A DNA stretch of 64,000 bases from Nymphaea colorata (lineage: Eukaryota), in NCBI RefSeq assembly GCF_008831285.2, contig NC_045138.2:15562001-15626000 (forward strand), read 5' to 3'. Positions 24,539 through 36,871 of this stretch are shown here, piece after piece. The notes beneath the pieces are model-generated. The model did no database searches. It was not told the origin of the DNA and was given only the letters and a program-made list of their open reading frames with translations. How positions within the stretch are numbered: position 1 is the first letter of the stretch; each line of letters starts with the position of its first letter. Both the position numbers and the translations under genes were made by a program.

Positions 24539-25749
24539 GCACGCGACACACTCTCACATCTCTTGAAAGGAATCGAGGTTTTCTGTTTTTGGATAGGCAA
24601 GTTAGGGTTAGCCGTAGCTTTTACCAGGTTACGCGCACGGCTATGAACCTGGGAACCTGTTTTGGCTTCCCTTCGACAGAATCGCTGTGAAGCACTAATT
24701 ATCGTCCATTCTTGGCAATAACATCCATATGTATGAGAAAGTTCGTATCCACATCCCTGTACTCAATAGCAATCCTCCCATTTTTCAACACTTGACAAAA
24801 TATTTTGTTTCCAAGCTCCATGAAGCGTTTGAATTTCAACGGTGGGCCACATTCGGATTGCTAGGCATCATTTTGTTCATTTCCTCCATCAGAACATAGC
24901 CTACAAAAGGGACTAACCAAAAGTTAGTACATAATGAAAAAATCAGACTGTGACTTGGCCTTGTATTCAAGCAATAAATCATAGAAAGCTCACAATGTGG
25001 AAGACAAGCGAATGATCCACTTCTGTTTATGCGTGAACATCGCATATGATACAGATTCATTTCCCAACCAAGAATAATATAGTATCAAGAGGGGAAGGGA
25101 AAATTGATCCATCGTCTCCAACGAACAGAGGAGACACTACAGCAAAATACACTATCCTGTCTCGAAAATAGAAAACGTAGAAGCTCTTGGTCACAGTTAA
25201 ATGAAATGAAACTGAAAATTTGAAAAATGACAAAAATTGTTTGTGGAAGTCAATATCTGGAAAAAAAAATACCATGCTTTTGTTTCAAGAAACGTGATAT
25301 CGTTTATCTATGGTCTCACCATTTTTTCTACAACAAGAATATGGTTTTCTAAAATTTGTATTTTATCGACACACGGTTCAAAACTGCAATGCTGATTTTA
25401 TCAAATGCCATTTAAAGCCAAAGGGAGTCTTAACTTGTATGAACTATGGAGTATGATTGTGTGAACTATGATTATGTGAACTTAAAATTAGAGTATATTT
25501 CTTGTTGAATGTTGAACTCATGATTGATAATGAATCAATGATATCATGATTAGCATGTTACGTTTTTTATCTTGTTATTTAATAATTTTGTGCCTTTGTG
25601 GTTTATAGACAACTTTTTGTCATATATATTATTATTATTATAAATTATTAATAATAATAATAATAATGAAATACTCTCGCCGCACCGCTACACCTAAATT
25701 TTTTGAGATGTGCCGCGCCGGCATCCACACCCGCACTCAGGTGACATAG
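24196..25749. mobile_element. Non-autonomous hAT-like DNA transposon (about 1.55 kb)
   Basis: TIRs CAATGTCACC (24196-24205) and GGTGACATAG (25740-25749) match at 9 of 10 positions. GCACCCG/CGGGTGC-type subterminal motifs occur at both ends. No TSD and no transposase ORF are seen. Confidence 0.6.
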
Positions 25750-28700
25750 AATCCAAACCAATAAGAGAAACATTAAAAGCACATTCGAAGTGGTATTGAT
25801 AACTGGTAGATAGAGAAACAAGCAATACTCCAAGATAAGTGGCTAAAATGACAGCCACAGTTAAACTTCTAGGAAGCAGTAAATTGAAGAGTGAAGACAT
25901 TTGAAAAGTTTAGGTTTCAACACCTTTGGAAAGAGGAACTTCAAGGAAAAAAGAGAAAGGAACCTCAAAAGGAGGGTTTAGCCTTGCATCAAATGAAACA
26001 TCAACCATCATGAGTACAAACTTGTGTAAGACCCTCCTAGAGCCAAATTGGTGGGTCTTGAGCATACCGATTATGTTATGGAAAACAAGCATCAAACCAC
26101 CAATCTGTATATGAATTTTCTTCATAAATGACTCCATAAATTTTAAAAAGAGAAAGTATAGACACAATAATAAAATACCAAGGATCGTGTTCACTAAGTT
26201 TTGGAAAACTAAAGCACCAAAACCTAAGATTTTTGTCCCTCCACAAAGTCAGCAAGAGATTCAAACAACCAAATGCAATTACCATTTGAGCCATAGTACC
26301 AGTATATCACTGCCAAAAAGTTTAAGATGAAAAATGCACCCACTTTTCCAAGCCTAAAAAGAATTGAGCCATACATTTCATGAAAAAAGGGGATAACTAC
26401 ATAGGAAGGTTTAGACCCATCGAGTACCCAATAAAAACCTTTTCATAGTTTGTAGGTATCAGCCAAACTTGAGCCACACTCAAATTGAATGACAATTTCC
26501 TTCATATATAAGCGAGCTTAAATTAAGCAATTTCTCTCTTCCTCTCTCTCTAATGTCTTTACCGTACTTTAGATGAGTTCAAATATTCAGTTTTAAATTA
26601 GTTTTAAATTTTAAAATTTTTAAAACCCTCTAAATTGCTATATCTCATGTCATATTAATGAGTCTTATCAATCCAGCAATGAGTTGTTTATTTGTCTTGC
26701 AAGCTAAGATAACAAGTCAAGAAATAATGACGCGTTTTTACCTCTCCTTTTTACTCGAGCAAACAATTCTTTTTCTTTTCCTTAACTACTTATACAAACA
26801 GTTGGCGAAGCTATAAAATTTTAACGGAGATGTTCTAACTTTAGCTGAGGAAAGTTGAGTAGGCAGTAGCAGCACCTTGGCGTGTTGCAAGCCCGGAATG
26901 AAACGGACTCAAAACCTGATCGCTCGTGTGAGCAATTGCCCACACAAACCTAGATGCGGCTTACAGTTTATTGTTATGTCAAATCGGATGTTCTAATCAA
27001 TAGCCGCAGGAAATTTTACAAGAGAGAGATAATGGCAGCTGGGGAAGATCCAATTCACGACAGTTCCAATGTAGTTTGACACGATTTTATGTTTCACAAT
27101 AAAGTCTAACCTTTAACGCATTTATAATTGACATGGTTCTATAACAAATTAAGTCTATGATTTGTGACGTTCATTTGCATCAAGATTAATGTTCCGGGAA
27201 GTTGAAGTTCCCAGTGAAATAGGTAGCAAAGATACTTTGCCAGGACACTCTTAACAACTTGATTTCAATGATAAGTATATTCATCCTACCACCAAACAAA
27301 CAAGAACAAGAGGGCCGAAGCTTTTACCGTTTTCTCCATCTTCCGATTCCGATTACACTTAAAATTTTGGTGCAGTTGGCTTTAAATCAACCTCTATGTC
27401 TAATCGCCCTCCGATTAATACGTTAACAGGATATGATAACAATTACTTCTGCTCTAAAAATCCCATTCGTAGTCTCCTTAACCATGCCTTAGGAGGACAA
27501 TTACTTCTGCTTCACATATCACCTAAAAAAAATAAAATTAATGATGCAATTTCATGTAACTGGTCAACGTAGTTTGCCAACAAGCATACTGGTGTTCTTC
27601 CAGGGCGCGCGAATTTTTTTTAATCATAAACACTAAATCTATTTTGGAAGAACCCAGTGCTAGAGACACTTTAGAAAACCCTGCTTTCACATCACATAAC
27701 GTCATCTAAGGACATGTTTTCAACTAACAAATCATAGGGTCAGACACATTTTATATTATATTATATTATATATTATATATATATAATAAAAAGTGAGAGA
27801 GCGAGAGTAAATGGTTAATACCTGATCACTGGGGTAAGTGACAAAAATAAGATCTCTTTAATTTGTTTTAAAAGGTATTTCAAACAAAATTTGAACTTCC
27901 TGAAGAGCCGTATGTTTTTTTTATTAAAAAATACCATTAAAATAAAAAATTACTAACTTAACATATGTTTCTCGCTAAACCATTTTTAAAATCATATATA
28001 TAAGGTTAGATTGCAAAATAATAATTAATTTTATGTATATTGTGTTTGTGCGGGCCAATTCTCTTGCATGGAGGCGTTTGACTGCCCTGGATTTAAAATC
28101 CACAGATTGATGTGACATGTTTTTGTTGACATGGTAAAAGTTTTATGGTAAAATACATGGTTTGTCAAACTAAAGATCTCAAGTCAGACCTAGGATCCAT
28201 ATTTAAAACCTTTATTTTACTTATTTGCATTGAGAAAATGTCATGTTTAAGATCGAAGGAGGAGTGTTTGATCTTAAATCCACAATTCTCAATTCCTGAG
28301 AATTTCACATCCCTTACTATCAAACGCCCTCCATATCATTTGGCAATCATAATTATAAGTGTAGTTCAGCAAAGCCAGTCTTAGAAATATGACTTCCACG
28401 GTTTGAAACATATCAAGAACTAAGTTTTCGGGAACATATAAAAAAACTATAGCTATTGATTTTTCTTTTAAATCTACGATCAGTTTCCCCCCATGACATG
28501 ACCCTGTGATACGAAAAAAGTTAAAAAAAAAAAAATCAATTATTATATTCTTTATGGAGTTTTATATCTTTCGGTCTCCTTGTAAGAAAAATGTGTGGAT
28601 CGAACTGAATTGGCTTATTCAAATCAGATCAGACCCTTTATTATTTAATACATCTTCCGTTGAGTGGGGGACGCCGGTCATACTTTTAATATTCTCAACA

Positions 28701-29076
28701 TTTTCCGGTAAGAGGATACGGAGGCCGTTTTGTGCGGGAGTCCGCGAGACACTCCATTTCTTGATTTTTTTTATTCTTTTTCCGGTGGGGTGCGCTCGGT
28801 CCGGTCCTTGTTTTCGAGCCGACCATGAGCTCAGCTCCGGTCCCCATTCTCTCTCTCTTTTTCCATCTCAATCGTTTCCCCCTCTAAGGAGCTAAAAATG
28901 GGGAACAGCAGATCGATCCCGAATCTATCTCCGCCCTCTTTCTCTAGGTCGGATTAGCAGAGCAGTGAAAGTGAAAGTAAGGGCGTTGGAGGCTTGCGAC
29001 TTGTGAGCTACCAATCGCATGAGAAGGGTTTGGGGGTTCTTCTAGTTCTAGGGCTTTTGAGGGAACGAGAGGGAAG

Positions 29077-32000
29077 ATGTCCCAGAACGGGAAATTGATG
29101 CCCAACCTGGATCAGGAGAGCACAAAGGTTCTCAATTTGACGGTTCTCAGGAGGATCGATCCCTTCGTCGAGGAGATTCTCACCACGGCCGCGCATGTTA
29201 CTTTTTACGAGTTCAACATAGAGCAAAGCCGATGGGTACGAACCCTCTTTCTCTTTATCTCTCTCGCTTTTTTTGTAGATTGTGGGTATCTATGTGTATT
29301 TTGTGGCTTTTGGGTATGTCGTGGATTTTCATTTTGATTCGTTTGCGACCTTCCAGAGCCGAAAGGACGTAGAAGGATCGTTGTTCGTTGTAAAGAGGTA
29401 AATTCTACACCCTGTCATTTGCTATGTGGGATTTGGGCATTGATAGATTTATGGTGATCGATTGTTTTTCTTTTTCTGTTGAATCGACTGCATTCGTTTC
29501 ATATAGTTCAGGATAATAGTTTATGTTCTGTTGCATGTTGGATCTTTTTTTCCATATTATCTTCTTGAGGCCTGGCTGTCAACTATCACGCTTGAAACGG
29601 GTACTTGATTTGAATCCTGACTTTTCGGTCAAGCAAGAGTTGGAGTGTGTTGCTAGTTGGTATTTCATTTCAATATATCATCGAGATGGTGTATTTTTTG
29701 CCTTGTGTTTTATGTACTCCTACAAAATTCTATGACCTGTGGTCTCAAGTTTAAAAGAAACGTAGGCTACATGAATGAGAATTGCGTAAACGTGTTTGTT
29801 TAAATATTATTTATGAAAATGGAGGACCTTTGTACTTGTACCCTTGTTGGTGAAGTGACATAGATAATAGGCTGAGGGATGACAACTTTTTATGACGTTA
29901 ACCGTGCGTCGGTTATCTTCTTCAGCCTGTGATTGTCTGTCTGACCAAAACTGGCATGCCGTGAATGTTTTTTTCATGTCGAAAACAAGTACTGTATTGA
30001 TGCTCGTTGAGTTGCCTTTTCTTTTTCCGCAGTTGTTTTTTTTTTTGGTTACTTAGGGAATTTCAGGTTGTGCTGCTCTGTTTTTTATTAACAAACTTTT
30101 AACTAACTTGATATTTTGTAATAATCTCTGTAGGAATACTCAACCGAGATTCCAGTTTATTGTAATGAATCGAAGGAACACAGGTTTGAATTTTTTCATA
30201 TTTCTGAGTTATTCCTTTGCACTGATTCGTAACCTTCTTATTAAGGACTTAGTGAAGGAACCAAATACGGACTGTGAGGTGTTGTTACGGCTAATCACAT
30301 ATCTGGAAGTATATCCTACATTTGGGTTGAGCATTTTAAAATGCCTGCTGTTCTGGATGGTGGAAGTTCTAGATTTGAAAACTAATACTAATCACCTAGT
30401 CTCACTCACATTTGTACGATCATTAGCTTCATCCTGTTGATCCAAGAAGCTACTTAAGGACTGCTGGCCCGGAGCTACTGGTACCTTTATAACTCATCAG
30501 GAAGGTCTATGAACATACTTTCATCATTCATGTAAAAAATTAATGTGAGACTGCACAGTCCAAACAGCATAGGTAGTCTTTCAGTTCAATCAGAGTGTAA
30601 GTTGGGAGCATCTCTGAAAAGCTATACTCAATTGCATGCTTTCCAGTCAAAAACAACACCACAAGAAAGGTCCGTTCTGGTTGGCCATGGATTGGATTGT
30701 GAAATCCAATCCAATATTTCCGCTTCTACCTGCCATAGCAATGAGTTGTGCCATTGTTGCAAGGGATGCCTTTCTGGTGTTCCATGTTCCTATTTCCAAT
30801 AATCGTTGGATGTTATTCCTTTTCTTGAAGACTATGTTGTTGGTACTTGCCTGCCCAATGTGTCCGCATGCAGTGCTCATGCCTTTGTTGGTGCATACAT
30901 GGTCCTGTTTGTGCATACGTGGTAACCAGAAGAAGTACTTTAGGTCTTTAAATTATTTTTTCTACGTTTGGCTTTTTAATTTGATGAAATCGGTTGCCTT
31001 TCAAAGTTGCATGTGTTAATTATTAGATTAGGTTTCTGGGTGGATATGTGACAATTATGTTTCCTCAAACAGATAATTTGGTGGAGAATCTTCTTGGCGA
31101 TTTTGAGTATGAAGTTCAAGGTCCATACTTGTTATATAAAAATGCTTCCCAAGAGGTTAATGGCATATGGTTTTATAATGCACGTGAATGTGAGGAGGTT
31201 GGAAATCTCTTCAACAGGTATGGTTGCTTGCATTTCTCTCTTCTCCATCATAGTTATTCTTTGTGCTCAACATTCACTTTTTCCTATCTTAATTTGTTGG
31301 CAGTTTTTATATATATTTTGAGCACAAAAAGGTTGATGCTATGATGGCCTAAATTGCAAGTCTAGGGCCAATAACGAAGTCATTGTTGAGATTATGATAC
31401 ACTGATATGAGTGGGCAATCAATTGCATTAAAATTGCTGATTATGGCCTAAATTCCTAGTCTGGTGCCAACAAAGAATTCGTTTTGGAAAATATGTTATA
31501 ATATTATTCAGAAAATTGAACAATCAATTTTCATTAAAATTGCTCCTCAAGAGTCTGACTGCCCTTTATCTACTAACAACAGCTTCAAATAGTTTAGTCC
31601 TGATAGGGCCAATAGATTTTGCATTTCTTGAGAAAGTTTAACTTTTTCGTTTTGCTATTTTGCACAATAGAACTAATTATCATTTCTTTCGTTTCGCTTT
31701 AATTTGAGGTACATGTAGTTCCTAGCAATATGCATCACTTGCAAGGGTAGACAGGATGTTAATTTGTTTTATACTTTAGGGTGCATTTTTAAGCATCTGA
31801 TTGTATTTTGGTCTGTTAAATTCTCTTTCCTTGTGGTGTTGCTTAAGAAACACAAGCAGCTTTTCTGATGTGCTAGTACTGTTGGTTGGCATACTCCTAG
31901 CTAATATTACCTACCTTTTTACTATGTAGGATTTTATGTGATCAAAAAGCACTCATTTTTATTTTTCTTTACATTTCTAATGGGAGATTATTTTTCCAAC

Positions 32001-35000
32001 CATTCATATGCTGGTTTTATGATGCCTCATGAGGGATGCTCGTAAGAGTGAACCACAAGCTATTGAATGAAAATGAAGCGGGATTGGAGATTTTATCTCT
32101 ATTCTATTCTCATGTTTTAAAGGCTACTTGTCTGATCAAATTAGTGACTTCTGGAAAATCACATATATTTAATGTTTGCTTTGATAACCACTTAGCCTAG
32201 GGCTTTTAGACTTCTGCTGCGAAGTTCAGTTTCCTGTCACAGTGGTGCACCATTAAATAGAGCTTCATAATTGTCAAAAATGAAGTGCTTTCTCCCAGAT
32301 GAATTTGTTCATATCTGTCTTTTGTCTTAAAATTTTTAATTATGCATATAGATTCGCAAATGAAGTTGTTGGTTGATTTAGGCTGAGCCACTGTTAGGAG
32401 AGTTTAAGCATTCTCATGATTTATGCCCATAGTGGAATACATTTGGTTAAATGTCGTATGTAATCCAGAAATTGGTGGCAAGAATACCATTTTTTCTTGA
32501 TGCCCTGTGTAAGCCAGAAATTCATGATAATCAATTAGGTATCAATCCACATGTCGATGTAGTGCCCAACATGAGATCAACTGATCAGGACTAATGTAAT
32601 TGTCTTGACTTGGTGATTTTCTTCATGTTTGGTGTTTGATAGGAGTTTGATCTGGGCATCTATTTGCCATGTGGATCAATTGGACTAACATAGGTCATGT
32701 TTATGTGTCTTATTAAATATTAAGTAGCCATACTAGTGATGGTGCTATAAGTTTCTAGTCATAATTTATAAAAATATGGACTTTTGTGATTTATGATCGA
32801 GAAACAGGTGCTTGGTTTAGTGATAATCTCTGTTGCAAAAATAGTTTGTTGCATCCATATGAATTCCTGGCAATTCCTTCTTGTTATATTTGACATGTTA
32901 AAACACTTTGAGCCCTACATTATACTACCTTAGTACATTTCTTGGTTGCCCGTTGTTTAGCTGTCTACATTTCCTGCACTCTTATGCTTTCATGCTTGTT
33001 TTTTTCTTTCTTTTTCTCTAGTTTCTGCTATTTGTATTTCTATGATTCTGCCCCATGCATTGGATGTCCTTTTTTTGAATCTGTAACTGATGTGCAATGC
33101 AAAAGTTACAAAATTTCTTGTTGTTCTTCATTTTCTCACTTTCTGTCTTGTGGTTCCTTTTGATTTGATTGGATTACTTGTTAATGTGTTGGTACAGGAT
33201 ATTGAATGCTTATTCAAAAGTTCCTCCAAAGCCAAAAGCTGCATCTAAAAGGTATGGATAAACTATTTTTTTTTTCTGATCAAATTCAGCTATATTAGAA
33301 TAAATTGCAAAAGGTTCTGATTTCTCCAGTCAATTGAAGGCTGGCATAAATTCTTGTTATAAATATTACTTCTAGGTTCCAGCTTTATGTTCACCATGTT
33401 CTGTCAGAAAAGAACATTTAATCTGCTGTTTTGGCTTTGCGACAAGGCAGATCTGGGTCAGATATCAGCCAAATGTTATCCTTTCAGGAGGATTCTTTGC
33501 AGGAAAAGAAAACCTGGGTAAAGCCGTGGTGCATTGGCGGAGTTGGCTGGATGTGGACCCAGCTTTCAATGCTGTAGAATACAGTTGGAAGTGGAACATA
33601 TCATGTATCTGAGTTGATTTGGCTCAAATGCTTTGGTCATTAGGCAAAGCAGTTGAATATTATGGTAGTTTTAGCTTGTTAGTATGTGGTGATAGGAGAG
33701 TACCTACTTCATGTATTCTAGATGGCCCTTGGTTGGGATCTACATTATCTTGGTGGAAGCAGATGAAAAGCAGAACTATAATAAGAAAAGAGTTATCCAT
33801 ATTTGTGGTTATTTTCTTGATAAAATTTGCAGACCTTAGAATTTGACCACTTGTTTTTAATGTTTCTTAATTTTGTGCCTGCATGTTGCAATTTGGTACT
33901 GTTTTTTTTTTATACGGCTTCATTTGTTAAAATTCTGTTTTATCAAGAAATGTATTGAAGGATCCTACAAGTTTCAGTGATTATTTGTTTGTCAGTCTTC
34001 CTGGGACCCTTTCTGTGTATACCGTTCTTCTCAATTTGGGAGTGTGCTTGGCAAGACTAGTAAATTCATAATGAGATTGATAACGGATTGACATCTTGAG
34101 AGTTGAGAGGGGTTTTGTGTTCCTAGAGTCCTCTTTCCTATATTAAGTGGATTTGTTCACATTCCGAATAAGACCCATGTGGTTTTCTAATATGCACATT
34201 TCAGTTTTTTATGTTTATCTCCAATTGAATCCCCAAGGATGCTTAAATGTTTTTGTCTTGTATAGTGTTGTTTATTGTAAAAATTTGCATTGTCAATATT
34301 TTGTAAAAATAGTCTGGAATATCTGGGACTGGACCTGCCTCTCCTAAATTTATTCTCTCTGTTATTTGCAACAGTGAGTTTGAGGAACTTGAAGCTGTTC
34401 CAACTTCAGCTGTCATTGAAGGCCCATTGGAGCCACTGTCCTCATCTGCCTCAGCTATTGCAGATGTGCCAGATGATTCTTTTGTGAACTATTTCAGTGT
34501 ATGTGTTTACATGTGCTTTATGGAGGACAACCTTTGAATGCTGAGCAGTTTTTCCTGTTTCCTTGCATGCTGAACTTTAGGTCATGTGTCTGAAGCTTTC
34601 ATTAATGATGACATTTCATGGGGATGAAGCAGTTATGCATTGCTTTTCCTAATCTATGTTTGCAGTATTTAATTTGGTAGGGCATTTGTATTTTCATCAA
34701 TTATTTCCATCTTTGTCTTTTCAAAAGAAGGGGGCATGATCTTTGTCAAGAGAATTTATAAGTTAAAAATGCAACACAGGATCCTTTTTTTAGATATGTG
34801 GCACCTGAAATCCCTGATGCATGTATTTAATTTTGAGAATTTCAGTATACATGTTTTCATCATCTCGTCTACCTTTCTTTTTTTAAGGACAAACCTTTCC
34901 TGAGCAAAATATTCCACTGCATCAGCAAGCAAGTTTCCTCTGTTACAATGGAAAATTGTTGACCATGGAACCTGCATTGTGTGATTGAGTTTGTGTCGTT

Positions 35001-36139
35001 CCTTTGTTTTGCTTATAGATGTTAGCAGTTGTAGGTGGCATTTGGCGGACTGTCTGTATTGACATGCGTATGAAACCTACATCTTGATTGTCTAAAAATG
35101 CAAATCTGGGAAGCATAGAGAAATATAGAATAGATAATGAATAATTTACTCCTAATCTACAAAAATACATATAAAAATGGGAACATTTAAATTGTGTTGC
35201 ATTTTTTTGTCTGCTTTCCACCATTGCATGTTGACATTTTTGTAAGGTTTTTATTAGTAGGAAAAGGTCTTCACTTGGTTTTGGCAGTAGAGCTCAGGTA
35301 CTGTTTAACTTACGAGTCACTTGTACATGTGTGCTGCAGGCAGCCATGAATGTAGGCACTGCTTCTAATGCTGCAATTTCTTCACCGTCTCACCAGGCTT
35401 TGCTGGTTCCTTCATCTTCTCATCCAGCAAGTGTTCCGACAGGACCATCACTAATACCTACTCCTACAATACCATCTCCTCCCCTGCCAACTTCTTCAGC
35501 TCCTCTGGTTCCTGCTATTCTGGATGCTTCCGATTCCAGTACAGGTCGGGTCACTAATCTTGTGAAGCCTTCAACGTTTTTTGGGCCATCTTCATCATCC
35601 GCATTCATGGTACCAACCATCTCATTGTCCACGCCAACCGCTCCTCCCCTTCAGCCACCAGTTAACCTGCAGCGTCCTTATGGTGCTCCTATACTTCAGC
35701 CCCTTCCACCACCTATACCACCTCCATCGCTTACTCCAAGTTATGGGCCAGTAATTACCAGGGAGAAGGTTCGTGATGCTCTTATGAGACTTTCACAGGT
35801 ATGCTTCATAACTGACCATATTGTTGCCGTCATTGGTTGGAGGGTGCAGATTTAGTGATCTCTGATCCGAAGGAATTGTTTTGCATTGTTCATAGATGGC
35901 TATCTGCTTCAATTTCATAATGCATGTAAATCGTATATTCATTTGTGTCAGCGATCGGTTTTTTTATTCATTGTAGACTCCCTCTTATTGTCAAGGGCAC
36001 AATGAATCTCTCTACTGTCTGCCGTGCTCTTGAATTGTCTTCAGGTTCAGTAGATATCTGACTTTTCATGTTTCTATTGCAGAACAACAATTTCATTGAC
36101 CTTGTGTACCGAGAGCTGCTGAATGCACACTATTCATGA
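29077..36139 (+). CDS. DCP1: mRNA-decapping enzyme subunit 1 (362 aa)
   Basis: Exons 29077-29235, 29357-29397, 30134-30183, 31073-31217, 33198-33251, 34375-34498, 35340-35798 and 36083-36139, all GT-AG and in phase. The start MSQNGKLMPNLDQESTKVLNLTVLRRIDPFVEEIL leads into an EVH1 domain ([31 protein letters not shown]), then a Pro/Ser-rich linker and the C-terminal trimerisation helix ITREKVRDALMRLSQNNNFIDLVYRELL. Confidence 0.96.
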
Positions 36140-36706
36140 TATCGGGAAATATTTGTTAGGATGCTTCTGCTATTTCTCATGTGGATAATGATTTAATCAT
36201 CTTGGCTGCTGTTACTTGTAAGACGAAAATGTATAGCTGTCATAATGGTACTGTAACCATGAACGACGTTTTTGTCCTATTTTTTCTTCCCTTTTTTGCT
36301 CCTCTTTTTTTGTGTAAAAGTGAGAACCGTTTATATGGCTTGTGGTCTAGGACATAAGTGTGTACAAGTTTGTAGGCGGTATTATGTTGGAAGATGTTCA
36401 TTTTCTTTTCGTATCTTTTTTGTATCATATGTCGAATGAGAATGTCATTTAGCTATTCAAATTGAAAAGTAAAATGAAAAAGAAAAAGTCTGCCCTTTGG
36501 CAGAGCGTGTTCTTAATATATTTAATCAAAACGGATACATCCATAGCAGACAGAGATTGTACCAATTACCAACAGCTTCAGTTAGAGGGACACTCTTGGC
36601 GGTTTCAATACTTTGTTAGTCAATACTGTGCTAGGTCCTTTGGGTGACATTTTGACCATTTTCTTTCGGGAATCATGTTTTTCCTATTTGGCCCTTTGAA
36701 GGTATA

Positions 36707-36871
36707 TGGATACAAGGAAAAGAACCTCGTAGCACTAACAATTTAGACTGCTTTGGATACAAGGAAAAGAACCTCCTAGCACTAATAGATTGCTTTGGAT
36801 ACAAGGAAAAGAATCTCCTAGCACTAACGATTTAGATTGCTTTGGATACAAGGAAAAAAACTTCTCAGCAC
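36707..36871. repeat. Minisatellite, about 42-47-bp unit x about 3.6
   Basis: Unit TGGATACAAGGAAAAGAACCTCCTAGCACTAAC(A/G)ATTTAGATTGCTT repeated in tandem. Confidence 0.9.
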
